Shown here piece after piece: positions 1 to 10,863 of a stretch of DNA of 64,000 bases. Each line of letters begins with the position of its first letter. Within the stretch, counting starts at the first letter, position 1. Source of the DNA: Chlorokybus atmophyticus. Lineage: Eukaryota > Plantae > Mesostigma and Chlorokybus algae. The position numbers and the translations under genes were made by a program. Below the pieces are notes generated by a model that saw nothing but the letters and a program-made list of their open reading frames with translations, did no database searches and was not told where the DNA came from. The stretch lies in assembly GCA_009103225.1 (NCBI GenBank), contig RHPI01002090.1, positions 1,730,854 through 1,794,853 of the forward strand, in the 5' to 3' direction.

Positions 1-322
1 TGCGGTTCCCCGCCTTTATTTAATGAGAAATAAGGGTCCCAACGGGATAAACACAGCCATTAGAGTCGTATGAGGGCCTTTATCCTTTATAGGTTATAAT
101 TAGGGGTTATGTTATGCAACACCAATATCAACTTGAGACTCATGTCTCTACTGAGACATGAGTCTCAAGTCGATATCGGCCGCATGGCGACGCTGCTAAC
201 GCAGCGACCGCCATAGCTAGGGGATCTTTCAATCCCTTGGCTGCTAACGGCGGCGGCGACGTTGCTGTGGTGGTTGTGTTGGGGTAGGGGATTAAAGGGG
301 CGGTAGCACCCCCCTTCTTACA
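1..322 (+). repeat. 5' LTR (left end truncated by window edge)
   Basis: Base 1 (TGCGGTTCCCCGCC) aligns to 5720; ends ...CCCCTTCTTACA directly before the PBS. Confidence 0.93.
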
Positions 323-324
323 TT

Positions 325-336
325 TGGTATCCGAGC
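325..336 (+). promoter_or_regulatory. Primer-binding site, tRNA-iMet-like
   Basis: TGGTATCCGAGC 2 nt after the LTR end; one mismatch to the canonical TGGTATCAGAGC. Confidence 0.85.
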
Positions 337-1193
337 GAGGGCCTGGGGGGGGCGGCGGCGGAGCGCAGAGGCGGCAGTCGGCACTGCTCAGTGCCGACGT
401 CAGGCCGGCGGCTTGACAGCGGCGGCAGCTAGCAGCCGCTACCCACTGGGGTGGGTAGTAGTAGTTGTTGGCTAGTTGTTGTTGTTGTATAATTGTATAG
501 TTGTATAGTGCTGCTGTTGGTGTAGCCTTGCCTTGCCTTGCTTGCTTAGCCTAGCCTAGCTTGCCTAAGCATAGCTTGTTAGTGTGAAGGGGAGGCGGCC
601 ACTCAGGCAGCCTCACCTCAAATATTGCATCCCAGCACATCATTGTAATTTAAACTATCACATAATTACATGTGAGTGTGCTCGTGGTTGGGGCTGCCAC
701 CACGTGGATTCGTGGTGGTGTAAGGGGGGGTTGTGGTTGTTTACACTTCTCCCACCCCAAGAAAGCAATCTAATGCCAACTTGGGCTGTTTTGGCTGCTA
801 TTCAGTGCAGTAGGGCTGCCAGAATCATTGTGGGCGGTCGATATCAAACCCTCGACTCACAACTTGTTGACATCAGCCTGTAGGGCTAATTCAACAAGAG
901 TTAGGCACCTTTTGTGTCATTTACAATCGTGAGTTGAGCAGGGTTGTACAAAGTGAAAACTTTGAGTTGTTGTAGCCTGCGAACCGTCACGTGGATTCAC
1001 GTACGGTTTGTTTACAAGCAAGCGTCTTGTTGAGAGGTGTTGGGCGGTCATTTAACGTGCTGTTTAGCCCAAGTATAGCACCTTGAAATCAACGAGAAAG
1101 AAACAACAAATTTTGACACTTTCAGAGTGCTCAACTCGTGTGCTTGTGCAGTTGTGCACTTGCAACTTATTGACGGCTTGTCTCCTTGGGCAG

Positions 1194-2056
1194 ATGTCTT
1201 ACCAAGGAGAGGAAGGCGGCATGTATCATGAGGATTCATCCTATGAGCCATCAAGTGATGAGGAAGTGAAGCACTCGAAAACGAGTGGTGGTTACAATAT
1301 TGATGTCAGCGAGGAGGAAGAAGCCAAGTCCAAGAGTGGTGAAGCTTCTTCAAAAAAGTCCTCTTATGACGAACAACCTATGGACGCTCAGAGCATCACC
1401 GGGGCGGCATAGCGAAGTATTAATCAGAGCGTGAGGCTCTTCTTGCCGCACACCCCCAGCTTCGCAAGGAAGTGTGGGATGAGTGGGCGCAGCAAGTCCG
1501 TAATGCATATGAGACGGACTTCGCGGCACTCCCGTGCGCAAGCAAGGAGATGGTGATTCGCATGATCGAGCACGAGTTGACGCGTAATGTACCGCAACTC
1601 ATGCGCACAGATCTAGCAGTGGCCGCTCTTATGGCCACTTATAACAAACTAGGCCCGTATCCAGGCCAGAGGATGGCGTTCGAGGCTCTCACCTTATTGA
1701 CGGTGGAAACTCAGAAGCGTTGCAAGGACCTCTTCTGGTGCTTAGGGCCTGAGCTGGAGGAGAGGTTAGCTCGAGAAGAGCGCTTGACTGCACGCCTCAA
1801 TGCTATGCAGTCCCAGTTGGTGGCATTATGCCAGCAGGTGGCCGGGGCTATCACAACTGTAGCAGGGACATCAATTGGCCTACCCGTCACAGCGCTGAAC
1901 AAGCCCGAGAATTTCAAGCCCAATGGGGCTGTGAACATTCATAATTGGGTGGTGAATGTGAAGCGCTACTTGGCTGCACTTCAGCGACCAGTTAGTGAGC
2001 ATACATCTGTTGCTGAGCATGTTGCTGAGCATACATCTGTTTCTGACCATGGCTAA
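1194..2056 (+). pseudogene. gag of the chromovirus (acidic N-terminus, disrupted)
   Basis: ATG at 1194 in ORF 1083-1412, continuing in ORF 1472-2056; lies between PBS and protease; homologous to the reversed gag at 6565-7070. Confidence 0.75.
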
Positions 2057-2235
2057 AGCATACTCGGGGGGGAACTGTGTTGAAACAATTCACAAAGCGT
2101 GAGACGGGGACAGTGCGGTTGTCAGCTGTATTGATTAACCCACGCATCAGTCATGGAATCTTGGCTACCTTTTAAGGGCGAGTAGTACCTTTATTGTGAA
2201 CCTTCACAGGCACGGCACAGGGTATTACTAGCTCG

Positions 2236-5200
2236 TTCTTGAATGACACCGGGGCAACGCATAACTTCATCGAAGATAAACATAAATGGGTTATGCGCAA
2301 CAAGATAGCGTGTAAACCCTCAGCCTTCTCAGCTGCTGGTGCTGAAAGTGCGTTATGAGTTAAAAGTGAAATCGAGTTGAAAGTTAAGATTGGTAGTTAT
2401 CAAGCCAACTTAACTTGCATTATTGTACCCATTGACATAGCTGGTGTTAATGTGGTATCTGGGCAGAAATGGCAAGCTCAAGTGTCTATAACATTAGATA
2501 CTGCTGCACGGTTGTGCACAGTAAAGAAGGGACGTAAGGGCATCACTTTGTCCGTGCAAAGGTCGCATAGTTTGGAATACAAGCAAATTGACCTTGCGTT
2601 ACTTACGGCGCTTCAAGTGAAGCGTGCGTTACGTAAAAATACACCTGCTTTTCTAATGCACTTAACATGGAGTGATGATGTAGTGCCTGGCAATACAGGA
2701 GGTGTGGCGGACATCATTGAAAAGTTTCAGGATGTGTTCTTAGATGAGTTGCCGGGCTTGCCCCCTGATCAAGGTGTCAGGCACACAATACCTTTAATTC
2801 CTGATAGTGAGCCTCTATTTTGGCCTATAATTAGGTTGAGCCCTCGTGAGAGGGGGGAAATGGAAACACAGATAAAAGAGTTATTGGAAAAGGAATTGAT
2901 TGAATTAAGCTCTTCACCCTTTAGCGCACCCATTTCGTTTGTTATGAAAAAGAATGGGAAGTTGCGCATGTGTGTGGATTATCGTGCTCTAAACAAAACA
3001 CCTATACAAAACAGATACCCGTTGCCAAGGATTAATGATGTGTTTGACAAGTTGTCCGGGAATGCGTATTTTGGTATGCTAGACTTGACAAGTGGCTATC
3101 ATCAAATCCAGATTCATTCTTCAGATGTCTATAAGACGGCATTCAGATTACATACGGGCCATTATCATAATACAAAATGTTACCTTTGCAATTGACTAAC
3201 TTACTCAAGCACCCGATGTGTTTAGAAGGAAATGAATAAACTTTTCGGTGATATGCTTGGTCAACATGTCATGATATACTTGGATGACATCATTGTCTTT
3301 AGTAAAACAAAGGAAGATTATAGGCAACACTTGAAAGCGGTGTTTGCAAGATTGCGCAAGCATCGTTTGTTGGCAAATCTCACCAAGTGTATTTTTTGTA
3401 AAACGGAGTTGCCCTTTCTTGGTCACATTGTGAGTGGTGCGGGTATCAAACCTGACCCTGGCAAAGTGCAGATTGTGAAAGAGTGGCCCCAACCTCAAAA
3501 TGTCCATCAATAAAGGTCGTTTTTAGAGTTGGCAATTTACTTTCGCAACTTGCGAAACTTGAAGTTCATGATGGGGTACTCAATAGTTGTCATGCCTTTA
3601 ACCAAATTGTTGCGTAAAGATGCCCCGTTCACTTGGACAACAGCACAAGAAGTTGCTATGCAAAAGGTGATGTTGGCTTAAAATCAGCGCCGGTGTTAGC
3701 ACTGCCAAATTGGGACAAACACTTCACAGTGGTCAGTGTCGCATCAACATTTGGGTGTGGTGCGGTACTGTTGCAAGATGGCAGACCTTGTGCTTATGAG
3801 AGTAGGAAGTTCATTCCTGCAGAAGTGAACTACACTACGACAGAGCAAGAACAATTGAGTATAGTTCATGCTCTTGAAACATGGAGATGTTACTTGGAGG
3901 GTGTTCAGTTCACTGCTGTGACTGATCACAACCCGTTGGTGTATTTCTCAACACAGCAAAACTTGTCGAGACGGCAAGCGTGCTGGAATGAGTTTTTGTC
4001 CAGGTTCACCTTTGATTGGTGTATCGGCCGAGCGGAACCAATGTGGCTGACCCTTTGAGTCGTTGACCGTCATTACTAGCGGTGATGCGCGTGCAGTTAC
4101 TTGCGACACGCAGCACATCGTCTCCCGATGATGAGTTTGTGCAAACTGTTGTACAGGGATACGCTTTGGACCCGTGGTTTTCTATTACAGGCAACTTACA
4201 AAAGTTTGACAAACGTGACAATCTGTATTACATGAGCAACAGTTTGGTGATACGTGACCATGCTGAACAGCGTGTAAAATGCATTGCGGATATACACGAT
4301 TCACCTTATGCTAGGCACTTTGGTAGTCGCAAGACCACTAAGGCAGTGCAACAGTTGTATTGGTGGCTATCGTTGCTTGCTGATGTGAAGCGGTATGTGG
4401 ACACATGTGACAAATGTCAACGTGACAAACCATTACGTCAAAAGCCCGCTGGGCTACTGCGGCCGTTACCACTTCCTGACAGTAAGTGGGAAAGTGTGAG
4501 TATAGACCTTATCACTGAGCTCCTTGAGACAGCATTGGGTCATACTGCGGTTGCAGTATTTGTGGATCGTTTGACCAATATGGTTCACATTGTTCCTTGC
4601 CGTACGGAGATAGGCTCCCGTAATCTAGCAATGGTTTTTGTCGCGTCAGTGTTCAAGTTGCATGGCTTGCCTCACATTATTGTCTCCGACCGTGACTCGA
4701 GGTTTGTGGCTCAGTTTTCGAAGTCACTATGCAACTTCCTGCAGATACAGCAGCACATGAGTACCGCTTATCATCCGCAGTTTGATGGTCAGACTGAACG
4801 CGCCAATCACATGATTGACGAAACATCCGTCATTATGTGAGTCTAAATCAGTCTGATTGGGATATTTATCATCTAATGGCTGAGATCGCGATTAAGAATG
4901 CATGGCAAGAGAGCGTGCAAGAAACTCCGTTTTTTTTTTTAAATTACCGAGTGCATTTACAAAGTCTTGCGAGCATTAAGTTGCCGGCTAACGACTTGAC
5001 TCGCGTGCCTGCAGCGCGCAAGATGGCTGCGGCCATGCAAGACAGGTTAGCGTTGGCAAAGAGCTGTTTGCGTGCAGCGCAAGACAGACAGAAAGCCCAA
5101 GCTGATAAGCATCGTAGGCACGCCGACTATGATGTGGGCAATTCGGTGCTTTTAAGCACTAAAAACATATCCATCAAGGGACTGGGTACCCGAAAGTTTT

Positions 5201-5560
5201 TCCCTCGCTTGATGGGCCCCTTCAAAGTGGTTAATCGGGTCGGCACTTACGCGCATCGTTTGGAGTTACCACAATCCATGCGTATACATAACGTGTTTCA
5301 TGTGAGTGTACTGAAACCGTACCGTTCAGACGGTCGGGTTCAACCTCCTCCACCCCCCTGTCGTAGTGGATGGCGATAATATTTTTGAGTACGAGGTGGA
5401 AGCAATCCTGAGTCACCGTAAGCCCCGACGCGGACGCGCGCCAACTTACTTGGGGGGGGGTGAAATGGAAAGGGTATGGTGTTGAACACAACACGTGGGA
5501 ACCCGAAAGGAATCTTACCAACCGCCAAGAGATTCTTCGGGCGTACTGGAGTGATGTGTC
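2236..5560 (+). pseudogene. pol: aspartic protease, RT, RNase H, integrase, chromodomain (frameshifted)
   Basis: FLNDTGATHNFI (DTGA 2245-2256); KLRMCVDYRALNK..NRYPLPRI; YLDDII; RNase H AYESRK..NYTTTEQE; integrase HDSPY..HFG, CDKC, VSDRDSRF, YHPQFDGQTER; chromodomain EYEVEAILSHR...KWKGYGVEHNTWEPE. Confidence 0.95.
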
Positions 5561-5685
5561 CGCACACAGACGGTAAAAGGGTGCTGGCAGACATCTTTAC
5601 CGCTTCGGCCCTGGTTCTTTTCTCGCTTAGGTTTTCAGTGCTCACGGTGGGGCCTTGCTAACCCTTCAATGAGGACATTGAAACT

Positions 5686-5698
5686 AAGTGGGGGGGAA
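5686..5698 (+). promoter_or_regulatory. Polypurine tract
   Basis: AAGTGGGGGGGAA immediately before TGTAACGG (3' LTR start). Confidence 0.92.
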
Positions 5699-6564
5699 TG
5701 TAACGGAGTGCTACCGCTATGCGGTTCCCCGCCTTTAATCAATGAGAAATAAGGGTGTCACAGCCCTCGACTCGACCACAAAAGAAAAGGCTTGGTGCTT
5801 TTATGGTCGATTTGTGGTAATTCAATGTACCTTCCCGTTACATTCCCCCCCACTTACGAACGCTGACGTCCTCGGCAGCTGGCTCCCATAAGCTGGGGAA
5901 TCATCTCAGGGGTCTGATTAGGGTCGGTCACCGGCCCCACCACCCAAGGACCGGCCAATTTAGGCCCATACCGGTCAACGCGAGCATAGCGCACTGCTGC
6001 CGGCCCCACAGGTCGCATCGCGACAGGCAAGTCGCGCCCTGCCGCGCTGACTGAAGGCCGGCACGATTGCCTTTAGGCAAGTCGCAACCCATCGATGATG
6101 GCACTTATGAAGTGACCATTTACGATGTAACTGGATCGAGAAACAACGACCACGGAATTCGTGTGCAAGGTAGGAATCAAACCCGGGTCTCAAGCTCCGA
6201 TGATCAATGTCACATCCCACTTGACCACAAAAGACTTGGTGCTTTTATGGTCGATTTATGGTAAATTATTGTACCTTCCCGTTTCAAAGGGTCCCAACGG
6301 CATAAACACAGCCATTAGAGTCGTATGAGGGCCTGTATAGGCCCTAATAAGGTGTTATGTTAGGTAACACCGATATCGACTTGAGACTCATGTCTCACAT
6401 GAGTCTCAAGTCCATATCGGCCGCATGGCGGCGCTGCTAACGCAGCGACCGCCATAGCCAGAAGATCTTCCGATCCCCTGGCTGCCAGCGGCGGCGGCGA
6501 CGTTGCTGTGGTGGTGGTGTTGGGGTAGGGGATTAAAGGGGGCGGTAGCACCCCCCTTCTTACA
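5699..6564 (+). repeat. 3' LTR, interrupted by a TRIM at 5756-6286
   Basis: TGTAACGG...CTTCTTACA; removing the insert restores GAGAAATAAGGGTCCCAACGG as seen at ~25-45 in the 5' LTR. Confidence 0.92.
5756..6286 (-). mobile_element. TRIM (miniature non-autonomous LTR retroelement), 531 bp
   Basis: Direct repeats at 5756-5842 and 6208-6286 with TG..CA ends; 5-bp TSD AAGGG (5751-5755, 6287-6291); minus-strand [16 protein letters not shown] at 5843-5855; degenerate PBS TGATCATCGGAGC; no coding domain. Confidence 0.92.
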
Positions 6565-8862
6565 TCAATAGTGACCACGCAATCATGGATGCTGACACTG
6601 CCGCTGGGCTTGAATTTCTCAGGTTTGTTCAGAGCTGTAATCGGCAGCCCTGCTGATGCACCAGCTGCTGAAGTAGCACCCGCCACCTGTTGGCGCAGCG
6701 CCACCACCTCAGACTACATATCATCGAGGCGTGCCGCCAACTTCACTATGTCTGTTAACTTGTTTTTCGAGTCAGGTCTCAAGTACCAGAACACGTCCTT
6801 GCAACGCCGTGAGGTTTCTACTACCAAGTTGGCCAAAGTTTCAAACATGAGAGCAGCCACTCTCGGATCACCTCGTACGAGTGGTGGGATTTTGTTCGTC
6901 AACTCGTGCTCAAGCATGCGGATCACCATCTCCTTGTTTGCGCGAGGGAGAGTGGCAAAGTTTGTCTCATACTCATCACGAATTCTGCGCCCATGCATCC
7001 CACGTTGCCAGACGAAGGTGAGGGTGGGCAGCAAGCAGAGCCTTACGCTGTAAGGCATACTTTTCAATGGCCCCGCTTATGACACTTTGTGTGTCCCTTG
7101 TAGCTGGTCCACTCTGAGTAGACTGATTGGGAGAAGCTCCGCTATCTTGCTCCCTCCTTGTCACTCTCAGTAGCTTGTAGCTTTCACTTATATCCGAGTC
7201 TCTCACTTTGTCATCACTCAATGGTTGGTATGATGACGATGAGCCAGAGACGGCTTATTACTTGTCACCTCCCTCTCCTTGGTCAGCCATCTGCCTAAGG
7301 ATTCGCGTTAGCAAGTGCACGAATACATAGATTGTGCACTGCTAAATTGGCAAATGCTAGTAAATTTGTCTCGTCAAGTCTCAAGGGGTTAATGTGGGGT
7401 ATAGTGCCCCAACAAGAGCTCTCTACACACCACTCAACTAGACACTCACTCTGCAACTAACCACACGCAAATCCACGCGACGGTTCACGAGCTATGGCTG
7501 CTCAAGTTTTCACTTTGTACTACAACCCAGCTCAACTCACAATGGTAATTGACACACGGGGTGCCGAAATCTCGTTAAACTGACCTTACAGGCTGAAATC
7601 GACTAGTTGTGAGTTTAATATCGGTTGCCCAAAATGACTCTGGCGGCCTCACCGCACTTACTAGCGGTCGGAACAGCCGATGGAGCCACTAGACTGCCCC
7701 AAAGGGATTTGTATTTTTGTTTTTGAATATATAACCCTTTACACCACCACGAATCCACGTGGTGGCAAGCACACACAAGTGAAGCAAAATATGTTATCTC
7801 ACTAGGTGATGTGCCGAGATGCATTGCTGGGGGGGGGGGGGGGGGGGGGGGGGNNNNNNNNNNNNNNNNNNNNNNNNNNNNNNNNNNNNNNNNNNNNNNN
7901 NNNNNNNNNNNNNNNNNNNNNNNNNNNNNNNNNNNNNNNNNNNNNNNNNNNNNNNNNNNNNNNNNNNNNNNNNNNNNNNNNNNNNNNNNNNNNNNNNNNN
8001 NNNNNNNNNNNNNNNNNNNNNNNNNNNNNNNNNNNNNNNNNNNNNNNNNNNNNNNNNNNNNNNNNNNNNNNNNNNNNNNNNNNNNNNNNNNNNNNNNNNN
8101 NNNNNNNNNNNNNNNNNNNNNNNNNNNNNNNNNNNNNNNNNNNNNNNNNNNNNNNNNNNNNNNNNNNNNNNNNNNNNNNNNNNNNNNNNNNNNNNNNNNN
8201 NNNNNNNNNNNNNNNNNNNNNNNNNNNNNNNNNNNNNNNNNNNNNNNNNNNNNNNNNNNNNNNNNNNNNNNNNNNNNNNNNNNNNNNNNNNNNNNNNNNN
8301 NNNNNNNNNNNNNNNNNNNNNNNNNNNNNNNNNNNNNNNNNNNNNNNNNNNNNNNNNNNNNNNNNNNNNNNNNNNNNNNNNNNNNNNNNNNNNNNNNNNN
8401 NNNNNNNNNNNNNNNNNNNNNNNNNNNNNNNNNNNNNNNNNNNNNNNNNNNNNNNNNNNNNNNNNNNNNNNNNNNNNNNNNNNNNNNNNNNNNNNNNNNN
8501 NNNNNCCTCCTCCCCTCAATCCCCTACCCCAACACCGCCACCAGCCAGGCCGTCGACACCGCTGCCGCCAGGGGCAACTTGCCGGAGTTGCCGGAGTTGA
8601 ACCGCCGGAGCAAAAGATCCTCTTGCTATGGCGGCCGCTGCGTTAACAGTGCGCCATATATATACATGTATATACAGCTGATATCGACACGACACTCATG
8701 TCTCGTGTTGATATCAGTGGTACAGATAAGTAACACTACATTAGGGCCTTAACTCTAGGTGAACGGCCTTAATACGGCTTAATTGGCTGTATATACATGT
8801 TGGGACCCTTATTTAATCCTAAATAAAGGCGGGGAACCTCTATAGAGGTAGCACTCCGTTAA
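6565..8862 (-). mobile_element. Older related gypsy element: 5' LTR (8506-8862), leader and gag N-terminus, cut at 6565 by the plus-strand element
   Basis: ORFs 6714-7067(-) and 6360-6707(-) match the plus-strand gag (YETNFATLPRANKEMVIRMLEHEL vs YETDFAALPCASKEMVIRMIEHEL; ALNKPEKFKP vs ALNKPENFKP); leader matches 700-1000; reverse LTR begins TAACGGAGTGCTACC; N gap 7854-8505. Confidence 0.88.
7854..8505. other. Assembly gap (others near 16267-16441, 18907-18919, 33993-34244, 60076-60652)
   Basis: N runs flanked by poly-G/C or (GA)n. Confidence 0.98.
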
Positions 8863-8944
8863 GGTGCGACCCCGCGCGGTGCTTTCAGTCATTGGTTTAT
8901 CAATATATATTGAATTGAACTTCACGGCAACTAGCAATTTTTGT

Positions 8945-9030
8945 CCCTATGGGTGGGATTCAAACTTGTGCCGCTGAGCTCCGTTACCACTAACGTAACA
9001 TCGGCGCCTCAACCACTAGGCTACGGCACC
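8945..9030 (-). ncRNA. tRNA-derived sequence (SINE-like head or tRNA pseudogene)
   Basis: Minus strand GGTGCCG-TA-GCCT-AGTGGTTG-AGGC: A-box and D-arm; degenerate B-box AGTTTGAATCC; acceptor stem does not close after the T-arm. Confidence 0.45.
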
Positions 9031-9249
9031 AAAAGTCGCTGCCATAGGAGAAGCCACATGCCATATAACCATGTCCCATACCATGGTATGACACCTTGTG
9101 CATGCACACAACCACACCAAGACAACCACCAAAGACAACTTCAGCGGCTGAAGTTGTCTTAGGTGTGACGCCGCCGATTCCGCACAAGGCCGCCTACTTG
9201 CAACTCACTGCCGACTGCGGCTTAGGGTTTGCTTGAGAAAGAGAGCTGC

Positions 9250-9560
9250 TCGTGAAGGCCGCCGCTATAAGTCCGACTTCTATTTTGTTGAGGCCACTGC
9301 TGGTGGTCGATAGATCTTGTCACCGCTGACAGCCAGTGAGCTGATAAGATGTTGACAACTTAAGAATGAACCGGTTCGGATGATTCGGTTGATGTTGTGC
9401 ACAAGGGGTGCGAGGGGGAAGTGCGTGCAGAGGGTTGTCACCGCGATAGCTGGCATGCAAGGGAGGCTCGATTCAAAGTTGTGTCTCGCAATAAGGATGA
9501 GTTCCTTCGAGCGCTCAAGTGTGGGGGCAGGTAGCTGCAGGGCAGCATGCAGGGCTTACA
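9250..9560 (-). mobile_element. Possible decayed non-LTR retrotransposon RT fragment
   Basis: Minus-strand LVHNINRIIRTGSF...GDKIYRPPAVAS loosely resembles the N-terminal RT L..L.N.I...G...YRPIAV pattern; stops nearby. Confidence 0.25.
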
Positions 9561-10801
9561 GCAGAGTGAAAGTAGCTGCAGGGTCTCAGTGCGAGAGTGA
9601 TGGTGGAGCCACAAAGTGTGCGGAGAAAGTTGCGGGGCAAAACTTTGCGATAACTCCCCTGAATGCCTAGAAGTAGTCACTCAACAAGCTCCCCCCATAA
9701 CTGGTCATTTGCGTCTTCGCAACGGGTTCGCACCCGTGACAGCGCCATGGGCTGCTGTCAAAGAATGTTGGAATCCACAGCGGCGGCTCAGTGCAAGCAT
9801 TTCACCTTGTTTAGACCATCGTAGCATAAGACATACTTGTGCTAGCTTTGGGACTTGATGGTTGACACAAGGCGATGTCAGATGGTTTTAAGTTGTCCCA
9901 AAGTCGGACTTGCAAATTTTGCTCATGCTCAACAGTCAAAACATGGTCTGACTTTTAATTGATTAAACAAGTTTTCCCGAGGGGTTACTTGATACTTTTG
10001 TGTGAAAAGCAGATGAAATTGGTATAGGTCTGATAATAAGTCTCATCAACATCTAACTAGCAGGTGATAATAAATGCTTCAATTCTTGCTGTTGGTAATT
10101 GCAACACATGCACATTGACATGACTATGTGAACATCAGGTTGCATGACCGCATGGTCAAAAAAGCGATCACCGGAAACATGCGCAAGTAAGTTTGTGTAC
10201 GTAAGCAACATGTATGTTAAACACTGTCTGATATATATCAGATATATATGTAGCTACGTATACCATTGTGCAGATAGTATTCACATGCCATCATCACTCC
10301 ATTATAACTCCTCCTCAATCGCGTAACTTTCACATTATTCTACGCGTACTGTATTTATTCACATGTGCATCAAATAATAACGTGGTCAATGCGGTCTTCC
10401 GCATGCCACAAGTTGCAAATGTTTGTCACTAAGTGCAAAATTTGCAAGCCAACACACGTGACAATAAGGTCATAGTATCTATAGATTGCTTACAACTGTT
10501 GTGAAACGCACACGAACGTTAGACGTGCGTTAATATTATATTAAGAATTAAACAAAAGTAATAATATGCCCTACCATATGTATGTATATTCATACATATA
10601 CGCGTGTGCGTGTGTGTACGTGCTACATGTATATTTACATGTGCGTACAATTGTAAAGTACGCATACGTACATAAAAGTATATAAACATATATATAAGTA
10701 TATATGTGAATATGTATGACAGTACACAAAAATAACATAATGTATGTATGTTATGGTGTCATTACTATTTATTATATAAATACCGAAAATCTGTACTTGA
10801 A

Positions 10802-10863
10802 GTGCAATAACATGTGTTTGTACAAGTTGTATACACAACTTGTACAAACACATGTTATTGCAC
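10802..10863. repeat. Perfect 29-bp inverted repeat with 4-nt loop
   Basis: GTGCAATAACATGTGTTTGTACAAGTTGT-ATAC-ACAACTTGTACAAACACATGTTATTGCAC. Confidence 0.95.

Larger units (their letters stand above)
1..6564 (+). mobile_element. Ty3/gypsy LTR retrotransposon of chromovirus type, decayed; 5' LTR starts ~21 bp before the window
   Basis: LTR-PBS-gag-PR-RT-RH-INT-chromodomain-PPT-LTR order; matching LTRs at 1-322 and 5699-6564, both ending CTTCTTACA; many stops and frameshifts. Confidence 0.95.

Noticed and set aside
7794-8752. Long ORFs full of X in the track (also near 16.2, 34 and 60 kb)
   Set aside because: Artefacts of N gaps
8945-9030. Functional tRNA gene
   Set aside because: Acceptor and T-stems do not pair properly; no defined anticodon loop
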